From NCBI GenBank assembly GCA_040767195.1, contig JAXGPA010000002.1, positions 128,001-192,000 on the forward strand: a stretch of 64,000 nucleotides of DNA, read 5' to 3'. Made by a program: the position numbers and the translations under genes. This stretch comes from Syntrophales bacterium. GTDB lineage: Bacteria > Desulfobacterota > Syntrophia > Syntrophales > UBA6807. Of this stretch, positions 45,850-55,034 are shown piece after piece. The notes under the pieces were generated by a model. It saw only the letters and a list, made by a program, of their open reading frames with translations, searched no databases and was not told the DNA's origin. Numbering within the stretch: position 1 is the first letter of the stretch; each line of letters begins with the position of its first letter.

Positions 45850-47553
45850 ATCCACAAGCTCTACGGATACCTGACGGGCCTCAAGCCCGACGAGATCAGG
45901 AAGGTAGAAGGCCTCTACCGGAGAAAACTCCCGCCCGACAGCATCCTCACACACGAACTCGCCCGGAACCTGACCGAGCTGTCCCGGACCCTGGGCCGGC
46001 AGATCGGCATTCTCGTCAGCCGGCGGGGGGAGGTCCACTACGTTATCGTGGGGAACCAGAAGGAAATCCTGATCCCCGACCTCTCCGGCTTCCGGTCCGG
46101 GACGAGCCGCCTCAAGGGACTTCGCCTTATCCACACCCACCTGAACGGGGAACCGCTGTCCCGGGACGACCTCGTCGACCTGGCCCTGCTGCGCCTCGAT
46201 TTCATTGCCGCCGTTTCTGTGGAGAAAAACGGCCTCCCTGGAAAAGTCCACGGGGCCCACCTGATTCCGGAAAACCCCGACGGCCGTTACTGGATGGTCC
46301 TCGAACCCGTTTTCCCGTCCGAGATGGCCTTCGACTTCCTTCCCTTCATCCAGGCCCTGGAAGAGGAACTCGCCCGGAAACAGCGGGCCCGGGAAATCCG
46401 TTTCACCGACCGGGCCCTTCTTGTCCGGGTGGAAAGGGACCCGTCGGCGGACAGCGAGGGCGCCATCGCGGAACTGGGGGAACTCGCCCGATCCTGCAAC
46501 GTGGAGGTTCTCGACGCCGTGATCCAGCACCGGCCCCAGGTAGACCCCAAGTTCATCCTCGGAAAGGGAAAGCTGTCAGAAATGCTGATCCGGGCGCTCC
46601 AGAAGGGGGCGAACCTCCTCATCTTCGACCACGAGCTGAGTCCCTCCCAGGCCCGGTCCATCGGCGAGGTCACCGACCTCAAGGTCATCGACCGCACCCA
46701 GCTCATTCTGGACATCTTCGCCCAGCGGGCCCACAGCCGGGAAGGTAAAATCCAGGTGGAGCTGGCCCAGCTCAAGTACCGCCTCCCGAGGCTCGTCCAC
46801 CAGACCACCGCCCTCTCCCGGCTTGCCGGCGGCATCGGCGGCCGGGGACCAGGGGAGATGAAACTCGAAATCGACCGGCGCCGGGTCCGGGACCGGATCG
46901 TTCACCTGGAAAAGGAGTTGAAATCCATTCGGAAGGCCCGCCAGGAAAGGCGCCGGACGAGAAAGAAACGGGGGGTTCCCGTCATTTCCATCATCGGCTA
47001 CACCAACGCGGGAAAGTCCACCCTGCTGAACGGGCTGACGAAAAGCGCCGTCGCCGCGGAAAACCGGCTTTTCGCCACCCTGGACCCCAAGAGCTCCCGC
47101 CTCCGGTTCCCCCGGGAGCGGGAAGCGGTCATCACCGACACGGTGGGGTTCATCCGGGACCTTCCGGAAGACCTTTTCGCCGCCTTCCGGGCCACCCTGG
47201 AGGAACTGGAAGAAGCGGACGTGCTTCTCCACGTGGTCGACGTCTCCAACCCCCGGTTCGAACGGCAGATGGAAGCGGTGGACCGGATCGTCGAAGACCT
47301 GAACCTCCAGCGGAAAGCGGAAATCCGGGTCTTCAACAAGACAGACCTCTTCCCCGACAACATCGTTCTCGAAAACCTCTGTCACCGGTTCCAGGCCATC
47401 CCGGTCTCGGCCCTGCACCCGGCATCCTTCGGCCCCCTCCTGGAGCGGCTCGAGAAGGTCATCCAGGAAAAAACAGGGTCTTTTTTCCTGGACGGGACTC
47501 CAGGGGAAAATGAGGACCCCTTTCCGGAGGAACAGGGTACCGGATCGGCCTGA
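45850..47553 (+). CDS. hflX: Ribosome-splitting GTPase HflX, long N-terminal form, probable ATC start
   Basis: IHTH, DRTQLILDIF, EGKIQVELAQL, GPGE, GYTNAGKSTL, LFATLD, DTVGFI, NKTD; frame open back to ATC at 45850. Confidence 0.92.
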   Translation: MHKLYGYLTGLKPDEIRKVEGLYRRKLPPDSILTHELARNLTELSRTLGRQIGILVSRRGEVHYVIVGNQKEILIPDLSGFRSGTSRLKGLRLIHTHLNGEPLSRDDLVDLALLRLDFIAAVSVEKNGLPGKVHGAHLIPENPDGRYWMVLEPVFPSEMAFDFLPFIQALEEELARKQRAREIRFTDRALLVRVERDPSADSEGAIAELGELARSCNVEVLDAVIQHRPQVDPKFILGKGKLSEMLIRALQKGANLLIFDHELSPSQARSIGEVTDLKVIDRTQLILDIFAQRAHSREGKIQVELAQLKYRLPRLVHQTTALSRLAGGIGGRGPGEMKLEIDRRRVRDRIVHLEKELKSIRKARQERRRTRKKRGVPVISIIGYTNAGKSTLLNGLTKSAVAAENRLFATLDPKSSRLRFPREREAVITDTVGFIRDLPEDLFAAFRATLEELEEADVLLHVVDVSNPRFERQMEAVDRIVEDLNLQRKAEIRVFNKTDLFPDNIVLENLCHRFQAIPVSALHPASFGPLLERLEKVIQEKTGSFFLDGTPGENEDPFPEEQGTGSA

Positions 47554-47559
47554 GCGGGA

Positions 47560-48351
47560 TCACATGACGCCCTTGTACCAACCGCCGTCGATCTGTATGG
47601 CGGCACCGGTGATGTAACCCGCCTGTTCCGAGGCCAGAAAGGTCACCAGGGCCGCGAAGTCCTCTGGGGTGCCGAGGCGCTTCATGGGAATGGCCTCCTC
47701 CCATTTTCCGATCACCGCCTCGGGCGTCGTGTTTTCCCGTTCCGCGATCGTTTTCGCCAGGTTCCGCACCCGGTCCGTCAGCGTGTACCCCGGGCAGACG
47801 CTGTTCACAGTGACGTTGAAGGGGGCGAGCTCATTGGAAAGGGTCTTGGCAAAGCCGATCACCCCGGACCGGATCGTGTTGGAGAGCATAAGCCCGTCGA
47901 TGGGCTGCTTCACCGATATGGAGGTCATGTTGATGATCCGGCCCCATTTCTTTTCCTTCATCACGGGAACGGCTTCCCGGGTCATGACGATGGTGCTCAG
48001 GAGATTGAGGCGGAAGCCGTATTCCCAGAGCTTGTCGTCGATGTCGAGAAACCCCACGGAAGGCGGCCCCCCCGCGTTGTTGACGAGGATGTCCACGGTC
48101 CCGAAGTGTTCCAGGGCTTTCCTCACAAACCCTTTTGCCTGCCCGGGGTCGGAAACGTCCGCCGGGACGGCGATCGCCTCGGCGCCCGTCTTCTCGCGGA
48201 CTTCCTCGGCTGCCGCGGCGAGATAGGCGTCGTCGAGGGACCCGATGGCGACCCGCGCCCCCTCACGGCCCATCTCCAGGGCCACCGCTTTCCCCAGCCC
48301 CATGCTCCCCCCCGACACGAGGACCACTTTTCCTTTGAGACCTAAATCCAT
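47560..48351 (-). CDS. SDR family oxidoreductase
   Basis: SGGSMGLG, LVNNAGGP, NSVCPG, IDGG; atypical SNTIR in place of YxxxK. Confidence 0.9.
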   Translation of the reverse strand: MDLGLKGKVVLVSGGSMGLGKAVALEMGREGARVAIGSLDDAYLAAAAEEVREKTGAEAIAVPADVSDPGQAKGFVRKALEHFGTVDILVNNAGGPPSVGFLDIDDKLWEYGFRLNLLSTIVMTREAVPVMKEKKWGRIINMTSISVKQPIDGLMLSNTIRSGVIGFAKTLSNELAPFNVTVNSVCPGYTLTDRVRNLAKTIAERENTTPEAVIGKWEEAIPMKRLGTPEDFAALVTFLASEQAGYITGAAIQIDGGWYKGVM

Positions 48352-48549
48352 GCGTACCTCCCAGAATATCCCTGTTTTATGGGTTCTCCCAAACCATCGA
48401 AGGGCGGTCCCGGAAAGGTCCGACCTCCGGAAACTGAAAGCCGCCCCGCCCGCGAACGCCCGGCGGGGGCGAACCCGCTGCGCGGCGAAACAGGATATCA
48501 GCTGTAACAGATCTTTGGGGACCCGTCAATGACCGGCCCGTTTTTTCAA

Positions 48550-48578
48550 TTGACAGCTCCCCCATTTTTCAGTATAGT
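48550..48578 (+). promoter_or_regulatory. Near-consensus sigma70 promoter of the OFOR operon
   Basis: TTGACA-N17-TATAGT. Confidence 0.8.
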
Positions 48579-48638
48579 TTGCTCGGTTTTTGTTCCCACC
48601 CCCGCCTGATGGGGATTTTATTGAGGAATACGGATAAT

Positions 48639-48743
48639 ATGGCAGCCATGAGAGGAACCTTCACCCATCGACGTCCCGGTCTCCTGTTGTGCCTCGCTCT
48701 TATTTTGGACATACCTCCGTGGCCCGCCATAGACCCTTGTTGA
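48639..48743 (+). CDS. Putative attenuator leader peptide, 34 aa (MAAMRGTFTHRRPGLLLCLALILDIPPWPAIDPC)
   Basis: GAGGA upstream; six Leu in nine codons plus three Ile; lies between promoter and terminator. Confidence 0.7.
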   Translation: MAAMRGTFTHRRPGLLLCLALILDIPPWPAIDPC

Positions 48744-48762
48744 AAAAAGGAATAGCGGTGAT

Positions 48763-48798
48763 AAAGGCCATGGCTCAAACCATGGCCTTTTTGTTTTT
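48763..48798 (+). terminator. Leader (attenuator) terminator
   Basis: AAAGGCCATGG-CTCAAA-CCATGGCCTTT then TTGTTTTT; alternative pairing with CCGTGGCC at 48717-48724. Confidence 0.8.
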
Positions 48799-48870
48799 CC
48801 AGGACGGAAAAAAAGGGCAGCGAAACTTCCGGGCCTTTACGGGTCCGGCAATTTGAATCGGGAGAGAAAC

Positions 48871-49473
48871 ATGAAAGAAATCCTGTGGCATGGAAGGGGC
48901 GGCCAGGGCGTTGTCCTTGCGGCGCAGATTCTCGCGGAGGCCGCCTATATCCAGGGGTACGGGGGTGTCATGTCGGCCCCGACCTTCGGCCCGGAGAGAC
49001 GGGGGGCGCCCGTCGTCGCTTCCACGCGGATCTCCCGGGAGGCCATCCGCACGGTCGCCCAGATCGAGAAGGGGGACGTCGCCGTGGTTCTCGACGCCTC
49101 TCTCCTCGGAATCGTGGACATTCTCGGGCGCCTGAAAGAGGGGGGCGCCCTCATCGTCAACACGCCCCTGCCCCCGGAGGCTCTCGGGATCGACGGGTCC
49201 TACGACGTGGCCACCGTCAACGCGACGGACATAGCCGTTTCGAACCGCCTCATCCTGGGGGGCCTGCCCGTGGTGAACACGCCCATGCTGGGGGCTTTCA
49301 GCCGGGTCACGGGCCTCGTCACCCTGGAAAACATCGAAAAGGGTCTCAAGCGGAAAATGCCCGCCGACGCCGCCCGGACCAACTTCGCCGTCGTTCAGTC
49401 CGCCTGCGAACAAACCGTCATCCAGCCAAAGGAAGAGAAAACCCATGGAACAGAAGAGCCTGAAGAAAGATAG
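48871..49473 (+). CDS. 2-oxoacid:ferredoxin oxidoreductase gamma subunit
   Basis: HGRGGQG, FGPERRGAP, NTPMLGA. Confidence 0.93.
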   Translation: MKEILWHGRGGQGVVLAAQILAEAAYIQGYGGVMSAPTFGPERRGAPVVASTRISREAIRTVAQIEKGDVAVVLDASLLGIVDILGRLKEGGALIVNTPLPPEALGIDGSYDVATVNATDIAVSNRLILGGLPVVNTPMLGAFSRVTGLVTLENIEKGLKRKMPADAARTNFAVVQSACEQTVIQPKEEKTHGTEEPEER

Positions 49474-49750
49474 GAACGTTTCCGCCCTCTGCGTGCCCGC
49501 AAAGGGAGAGGCGGGGCGGACCGGCGACTGGCGGGACCTCAAGCCCGTCATCGATCACACGAAATGCATCCCCTCGGTCAAGAACAGGCCCGCCTGCTAC
49601 CTGTGCTGGCTCTACTGCCCCGAGGGCGTCGTCAAAATGACCATTCCCGTCGAAATCGACATGGATTACTGCAAGGGCTGCGGCATCTGCGCCGAGGAGT
49701 GTCCGCCCAACGCGATCCGGATGGTCAGGGAGGGGGAAAGCGATGGCTGA
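49445..49750 (+). CDS. 2-oxoacid:ferredoxin oxidoreductase delta subunit (2x[4Fe-4S])
   Basis: TGDWR..KP, C..CYLCWLYCP, CKGCGICAEECP. Confidence 0.93.
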   Translation: MEQKSLKKDRNVSALCVPAKGEAGRTGDWRDLKPVIDHTKCIPSVKNRPACYLCWLYCPEGVVKMTIPVEIDMDYCKGCGICAEECPPNAIRMVREGESDG

Positions 49751-50966
49751 CGTCAGGATTCTCACGGGAAACGAGGCCGCCGCCATGGGGGTCAAGCTCT
49801 GCCGCCCCGGTGTCGTGGCCGCCTATCCGATCACACCCCAGTCCCAGCTCGCCGAGATCCTCTCCCGCTACGTCGAGGGGGGGGAAATGCGGGCGGAATA
49901 TGTCCGCGTGGAAGGGGAGCATTCGGCCCTCACGGTGTGCATCTCGGCCTCCACCGTCGGCGCCCGGACCTTCACGGCCACCAGCTCCAACGGCCTCCTG
50001 TACATGCACGAACAGCTTCACTGGGCGGCCGGATCCCGGCTTCCCGTGGTCATGTGCGTCGTCAACCGGGGCGTGGGCGCCCCCTGGTCCATCTTCAACG
50101 ACCAGCAGGATTCCCTGGCCCAGCGGGACACGGGGTGGATCCAGTTTTACTGCCGTAACAACCAGGAAATCATCGACACCCTCATCCAGGCCTACCGGAT
50201 CGCCGAGTCCCTGTACATCCCCGTCATGGTGTGTTACGACGGGTTCGTTCTGTCCCACACCATGATGCCCGTGGACATCCCCGACGGGGACATGGTCCGG
50301 GGATTTCTCCCCCCTTACAAAGCCCACACGATCCTGTCGCCCGAGGCGCCCCGGACGATAAACTCGGTCCTGTTCCCCTGGCGGAGGCCCGATCCCGAGG
50401 GGGTTCTCCGGGACGGTTACATGGAAATGCGCTATAAGCTCGAGGCCGCCATGAAAAAGGCCCTGCCGGCGATCCAGGAGGCGAACGACGACTTCGCCCG
50501 GATCTTCGGGCGGGACCACGGCGGGCTCATCTGGACCTACCGGAGCGAAGGCGCGGAATTGCTCTTCTCCGGAATCGGCTCCATCGCCAACGAGGCCACG
50601 GTGGCCGCCGACCTTCTCCGGGACGAGGGAATCCCCGCCGGCGTTCTCGGTGTCCGGGTGTACCGGCCTTTCCCCCGGCAGCGCGTCATCGAGGCGACGC
50701 AGGGAGCCCGGGCCGTCATGGTTCTCCAGAAAGGTACAAGCTACGGATACGAGGGGTGCCTCACGTCGGACTTCAAGGCGTCTCTCTACGAATCAACACT
50801 CCGGGTTCCCGTGGTGGACGTGGTGGCGGGCCTGGGGGGCCGGGACGTGAAAGCCCGGGAAATCGCCGACGCGGGAAAACGGGCCTGGAAGGAACTCGAG
50901 GAGGGAAAACTGAAAAACCACTCCCTCTGGCTCAACTGTTACACGGGAGAAGACGATGCAGAATAA
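49743..50966 (+). CDS. 2-oxoacid:ferredoxin oxidoreductase alpha subunit
   Basis: GNEAAA, AYPITPQ, TATSSNGL, YRPFP, GLGGRD. Confidence 0.93.
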   Translation: MADVRILTGNEAAAMGVKLCRPGVVAAYPITPQSQLAEILSRYVEGGEMRAEYVRVEGEHSALTVCISASTVGARTFTATSSNGLLYMHEQLHWAAGSRLPVVMCVVNRGVGAPWSIFNDQQDSLAQRDTGWIQFYCRNNQEIIDTLIQAYRIAESLYIPVMVCYDGFVLSHTMMPVDIPDGDMVRGFLPPYKAHTILSPEAPRTINSVLFPWRRPDPEGVLRDGYMEMRYKLEAAMKKALPAIQEANDDFARIFGRDHGGLIWTYRSEGAELLFSGIGSIANEATVAADLLRDEGIPAGVLGVRVYRPFPRQRVIEATQGARAVMVLQKGTSYGYEGCLTSDFKASLYESTLRVPVVDVVAGLGGRDVKAREIADAGKRAWKELEEGKLKNHSLWLNCYTGEDDAE

Positions 50967-51855
50967 CATCTTCAAGATCAACGAAACGGAATACATCCTG
51001 CCGGGAAGCCGGGCCTGCCAGGGCTGCGGCCTGACCCTCGCCTACCGCTACATGCTGAAGGCCCTCCGGGAAAACACCGTCCTCACCATCCCCGCGAGCT
51101 GTCTTTGCGTCCTCCACGGGCTCTACCCCATCACGCCCGTGACGGTGCCCTGCCTGAACACGACCTTCGCCAGCACCGCCGCTTCCGCCTCGGGGATCGC
51201 CGCGGGACTCGCGGCCATGAACAAGTCCGACATCACCGTCGTGGCCATGGCCGGGGACGGCTCCACCTACGACATGGGCATCCAGGCGCTCAGCGGCGCC
51301 GCCGAGCGGAACACGGACTTTATTTACGTCTGTTACGACAACGAGGGGTACATGAACACGGGGACCCAGCGGTCCAGCGCCACGCCCATGGGGGCCCTCA
51401 CGTCGACCACGCCGATTCTCACCAAGGAGCACACGAAAAAAGACTTCGTCCGGATCATGGAAGCCCACGAGCTTCCCTACCTGGCCACGACCTCCCCGTC
51501 GTACCCCATCGACCTCTACGACAAGTTCGTCAAGGCCAAGAGAATCAAGGGAACACGGTACATGCACATCTACTCGCCCTGCCCCCCGGGGTGGCTCTTC
51601 AACACGAAGGACACCATCCGCATCGGCCAGCTCGCCGTGGAGACGGGGATCGTCGTTCTCTTCGAAATAGAGGACGGGAAGTTCCGTTTTACCGGACGAA
51701 GCAAGACCCTGGCGGAACGGGGCAAGAGGCAGCCCGTGGTCAACTACGTTTCCCGCCAGGGCCGCTTCCGCAGGATGAGCATCGAACAGCTGAACCGGCT
51801 CCAGGCCTGGGTGGATTCCCGCTGGGCCGATTATCTCGACCGGGCCGAGAGCTGA
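50956..51855 (+). CDS. 2-oxoacid:ferredoxin oxidoreductase beta subunit (TPP-binding)
   Basis: ACQGCG, GDG..YDMG, DNEGYMNTG, SPCP.GW. Confidence 0.93.
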   Translation: MQNNIFKINETEYILPGSRACQGCGLTLAYRYMLKALRENTVLTIPASCLCVLHGLYPITPVTVPCLNTTFASTAASASGIAAGLAAMNKSDITVVAMAGDGSTYDMGIQALSGAAERNTDFIYVCYDNEGYMNTGTQRSSATPMGALTSTTPILTKEHTKKDFVRIMEAHELPYLATTSPSYPIDLYDKFVKAKRIKGTRYMHIYSPCPPGWLFNTKDTIRIGQLAVETGIVVLFEIEDGKFRFTGRSKTLAERGKRQPVVNYVSRQGRFRRMSIEQLNRLQAWVDSRWADYLDRAES

Positions 51856-51859
51856 TTTT

Positions 51860-53242
51860 TCAGCGCTGCTCGAGGATCCGGGCGATGCCCCGGGCGTAGC
51901 GTTCCGAGGCGCCGCGATGCCGGAGGACGGCCTCTTTCCCTTTCTGTCCGTCCGCCAGGAGCTTCCCGGGATTCTCGAGGAGATCGCGGATTTCCCTGCC
52001 CAGGGCGTTTCCGCCGGCCACCGCCCGGCCGGCGCCGGCCTCCTCGAGGATGCGCTTTTCCTCCATGAAGTCCTCCATGGACGGGCCATAAAGAACCACC
52101 TTGCCCCAGGCCGCCGCTTCGAGGATGTTCTGCCCCCCTTTCGGGACGAGGCTCCCGCCGCAGAAAACCACCGTGGCCAGGCCGTATATCTTGAAAAGCT
52201 CGCCGATCACGTCGACGACAATGACCCGTTCCCCCCGCCTTTCCCGGCCGGCCCTCATTTCGGACAGGGTCACCGTGTCGGGGAACCCCTTCTCGCGGAC
52301 TTTCCGGAGAACCGCCTCGCGGCGGTCCGTGTGCCGGGGGACGAGAACCAGGCACAGGTCGTCAAAATCCCGCCGAAGGTCGGCAAAGACATCCAGAACG
52401 ATGTCCTCCTCCCCCTCGTGGGTGCTGCCGGCCACGAACACCCGTTCGCCGGCACCGATCTGAAGGCTTGCGAGGGCCTCATCCCGGAGAGACCGGTCCA
52501 CCCGGGCGGCCAGCCCGTCGTACTTGGCGTTTCCTTCGATGGAAATCTTCTCCGGGGCTCCCCCGAAGGCCCGTATCCTCTCCCCGTCCACGGGGGAGAT
52601 CATTCCCAGCCAGTCCACCGAGGCCAGGACTTCCTTCCAGAAAAAGCGGGATAGGCGGTACCGGTGGAAGGACCGGGGGGAAATCCGGCCGTTCACCAGG
52701 ACCACGGGTATCTTAAGCCGCCGGCACCGGTCGATGAGGTTGGGCCAGAATTCCGATTCGAGAAGGACGAAGACGTCGGGTCGGACATATCCCAGGATTT
52801 TCCTCACGACCCAGGGAAGGTCCAGGGGGTAATAGAAAAGGAGATCCGCCTTTCCGGCCACCCGCCGGGCCATTTCCTGCCCCGTCTCGGTGCTCGTGGA
52901 CAGGGCGATGGCGGCACGGGGAAAGCGCCTGCGAAGGGCTTCGATGACGGGCGCCGCCGCCGTCACCTCCCCCACCGACACGGCGTGGACCCAGATCCGG
53001 GGGGTCCCTTCAAGAACATCGAAACCCGCCGGGGCGACCCGCCCCAGTTTCCCGCCGATGCTCTTCCGGTACTTTCCCGTGAGGAGAATCCTGAACCCGT
53101 AAAAAGGCCCCAGAACGACGGCCGAAAGACCGAGAAGAATGTTGTACGGTATGCGGTATTTCAAGCCCCTTCTCCCGACGGTGTCCTGCGGAGTGACGAC
53201 AGGGGCCGTGCCCCGCCGGGCCCTCCCCCTGTTCTTTGACAA
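51860..53242 (-). CDS. waaA: Kdo transferase
   Basis: WVHAVSVGE, ESEFWPN, GSTHEGEE, VPRH, IGEL, GGSL..GGQN; start uncertain. Confidence 0.93.
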   Translation of the reverse strand: MSKNRGRARRGTAPVVTPQDTVGRRGLKYRIPYNILLGLSAVVLGPFYGFRILLTGKYRKSIGGKLGRVAPAGFDVLEGTPRIWVHAVSVGEVTAAAPVIEALRRRFPRAAIALSTSTETGQEMARRVAGKADLLFYYPLDLPWVVRKILGYVRPDVFVLLESEFWPNLIDRCRRLKIPVVLVNGRISPRSFHRYRLSRFFWKEVLASVDWLGMISPVDGERIRAFGGAPEKISIEGNAKYDGLAARVDRSLRDEALASLQIGAGERVFVAGSTHEGEEDIVLDVFADLRRDFDDLCLVLVPRHTDRREAVLRKVREKGFPDTVTLSEMRAGRERRGERVIVVDVIGELFKIYGLATVVFCGGSLVPKGGQNILEAAAWGKVVLYGPSMEDFMEEKRILEEAGAGRAVAGGNALGREIRDLLENPGKLLADGQKGKEAVLRHRGASERYARGIARILEQR

Positions 53243-53261
53243 CCGGTAAGGCTATGTGCCG

Positions 53262-54506
53262 TTATTCGTAATACGCCTCAGGAATGACATTTTCAATGAG
53301 GGTGTCGTTAAACTGGGCCAGGGGGCCGTCATACTTGGGAGGCGCGAGGTCTCCCGTAAGTTTGCCCGTGTACCAGGGATACTCGGGAACCTTGGCGTAG
53401 GACTCCGAAATAGAGCCGTTCCTGTTGAGCGTGAGGACCAGAAGATCCTGGGCGATGATGACAGGACCCCTGTAAAAGTCGCGGATGTCGTCCATGGCGG
53501 GACCGACGAGATCCGGATCGTTCGGGAAGTGCGTGGCCACCGCCAGCCTGGGGTTTGTCTGGCTGAGGACATAGCCGAACGCTCTCTGCACGGTGTGGGA
53601 ATTCTCGATCACTTCCTTGTTCAATGACAGGAGGTAATCATAGGTCTCCCCTTCGGTGAGCCCCGTCTGCTTGGTTGTCCAGACCTCAGGGGGCGTGGTC
53701 ATCTCATGGATCAGAACGTCCACCCCTTTTGCGTGCTCGAGGACGAAGTTGTTGGGCTTCGTGTCCCCGGTAAAAACCATGGACAGCCCGTTCCACTCGA
53801 GCTTGTAGCTGATGGAGCCGTTACGGGCATGTATGGCCGGAAAATGGGTGATTGTCACGCCGTTGTTGTCATAGGCGAGACCGGGGTTATCCATGTATGG
53901 CAACTCATGGGCTGTGAGATCGTAACCGTCTCCGCCCTCCGTGTAGCCCGTCGGCAGAAAACTGAAGCTTTCCCTGTGCCACTTGGTCAGCTCCAGCAAT
54001 TTCTGGCAGAAAAACGCCGTCCCCTCGTTTTCCGTGTCCCCCGTCGGGCCCCACACATGAAGGGGGCTTTTGCGGTCACTCGAGGGGCCGAAACAGTAAA
54101 TGGTAACGAGATCACTCATGTGATCCCCGTGCAGATGGGTCAGGAAGATCTTGTCCATCCGGCTGTAGGTCACCCCCATGGCCACGTATCGGGACACCAC
54201 GCCGGATCCGCAGTCAAAGACGAAGGCATCGCCGTTTCCCAGTTCGACGAAGATGCTGTTGCAGGCCTGGTTGGGCCGGGGCGTATACCAGGTTCCCAAG
54301 AATGAGATACGCATTTCGTCCGGGCCGGGGGGCACATAGAGGGGGCCATGGTCCGGGCTGGTATCCGTCGATGCCGCGGCGACACTGTCATGACTGTCGC
54401 AGCCCGCGACCCCACCCAGAGCAAGGCCGCCCAACGCCGCTCCCGACGTCTTCAGGAAACCCCGCCGGGTCAGTTCCGCGAATTCTGTCTTCCTGGACTT
54501 CTTCAT
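53262..54506 (-). CDS. Tat-exported (lipo)protein, MBL-fold hydrolase, RNase Z/arylsulfatase-like
   Basis: TRRGFLK, VAGC lipobox, THLHGDH, TGDT, IHE, HT. Confidence 0.85.
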   Translation of the reverse strand: MKKSRKTEFAELTRRGFLKTSGAALGGLALGGVAGCDSHDSVAAASTDTSPDHGPLYVPPGPDEMRISFLGTWYTPRPNQACNSIFVELGNGDAFVFDCGSGVVSRYVAMGVTYSRMDKIFLTHLHGDHMSDLVTIYCFGPSSDRKSPLHVWGPTGDTENEGTAFFCQKLLELTKWHRESFSFLPTGYTEGGDGYDLTAHELPYMDNPGLAYDNNGVTITHFPAIHARNGSISYKLEWNGLSMVFTGDTKPNNFVLEHAKGVDVLIHEMTTPPEVWTTKQTGLTEGETYDYLLSLNKEVIENSHTVQRAFGYVLSQTNPRLAVATHFPNDPDLVGPAMDDIRDFYRGPVIIAQDLLVLTLNRNGSISESYAKVPEYPWYTGKLTGDLAPPKYDGPLAQFNDTLIENVIPEAYYE

Positions 54507-55034
54507 AATCTTCTCTCCTGACCTCCGTCGTTCTCTTCAGTCGATAATAAGGCATTCATATCCTGCTCATCGTCCGGGCCATTTCAATAAGGGTAAAAAC
54601 CCGACATGAAGGCACCGGGGAAGATCTGTTTCACGCCAAGGCGGACTCATCGATAACCGACAGATCCTGCCTGGTGTTTCGCTCCCGCGAGGGCCATGGT
54701 TGCCGGTTTGGTTTCTGAGTCTATAGCATATTTAGTGGTCGACTGAACAATTTTTCCTGCAAGAAGCAGAATATACACCGTGGAGAAACCTGTTCCCGGT
54801 TCTTCAACGTGACCCAGGATTATAAAAGGTAGTAACTCGAAATCCGGACGGATGCCGAAGTGGAATCGCAGGGGTACTCAATAATTCAGACGACATCTGT
54901 CCTGATATTGCCTGCCAAGTCAAATCTGAGTTTATATAAACACATGATTGTTCTCGGAAGACAAGCTGAAGAGATGTTGACAGTCCCGGCACGGGTGGTG
55001 TAGTTTTAAGAGAAAAAAAGAGAAAAATCCGATC

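Noticed and set aside
54804..55030. Hidden gene in the AT-richer gap
   Set aside because: The frames inspected gave only short ORFs with no RBS or recognisable motif.
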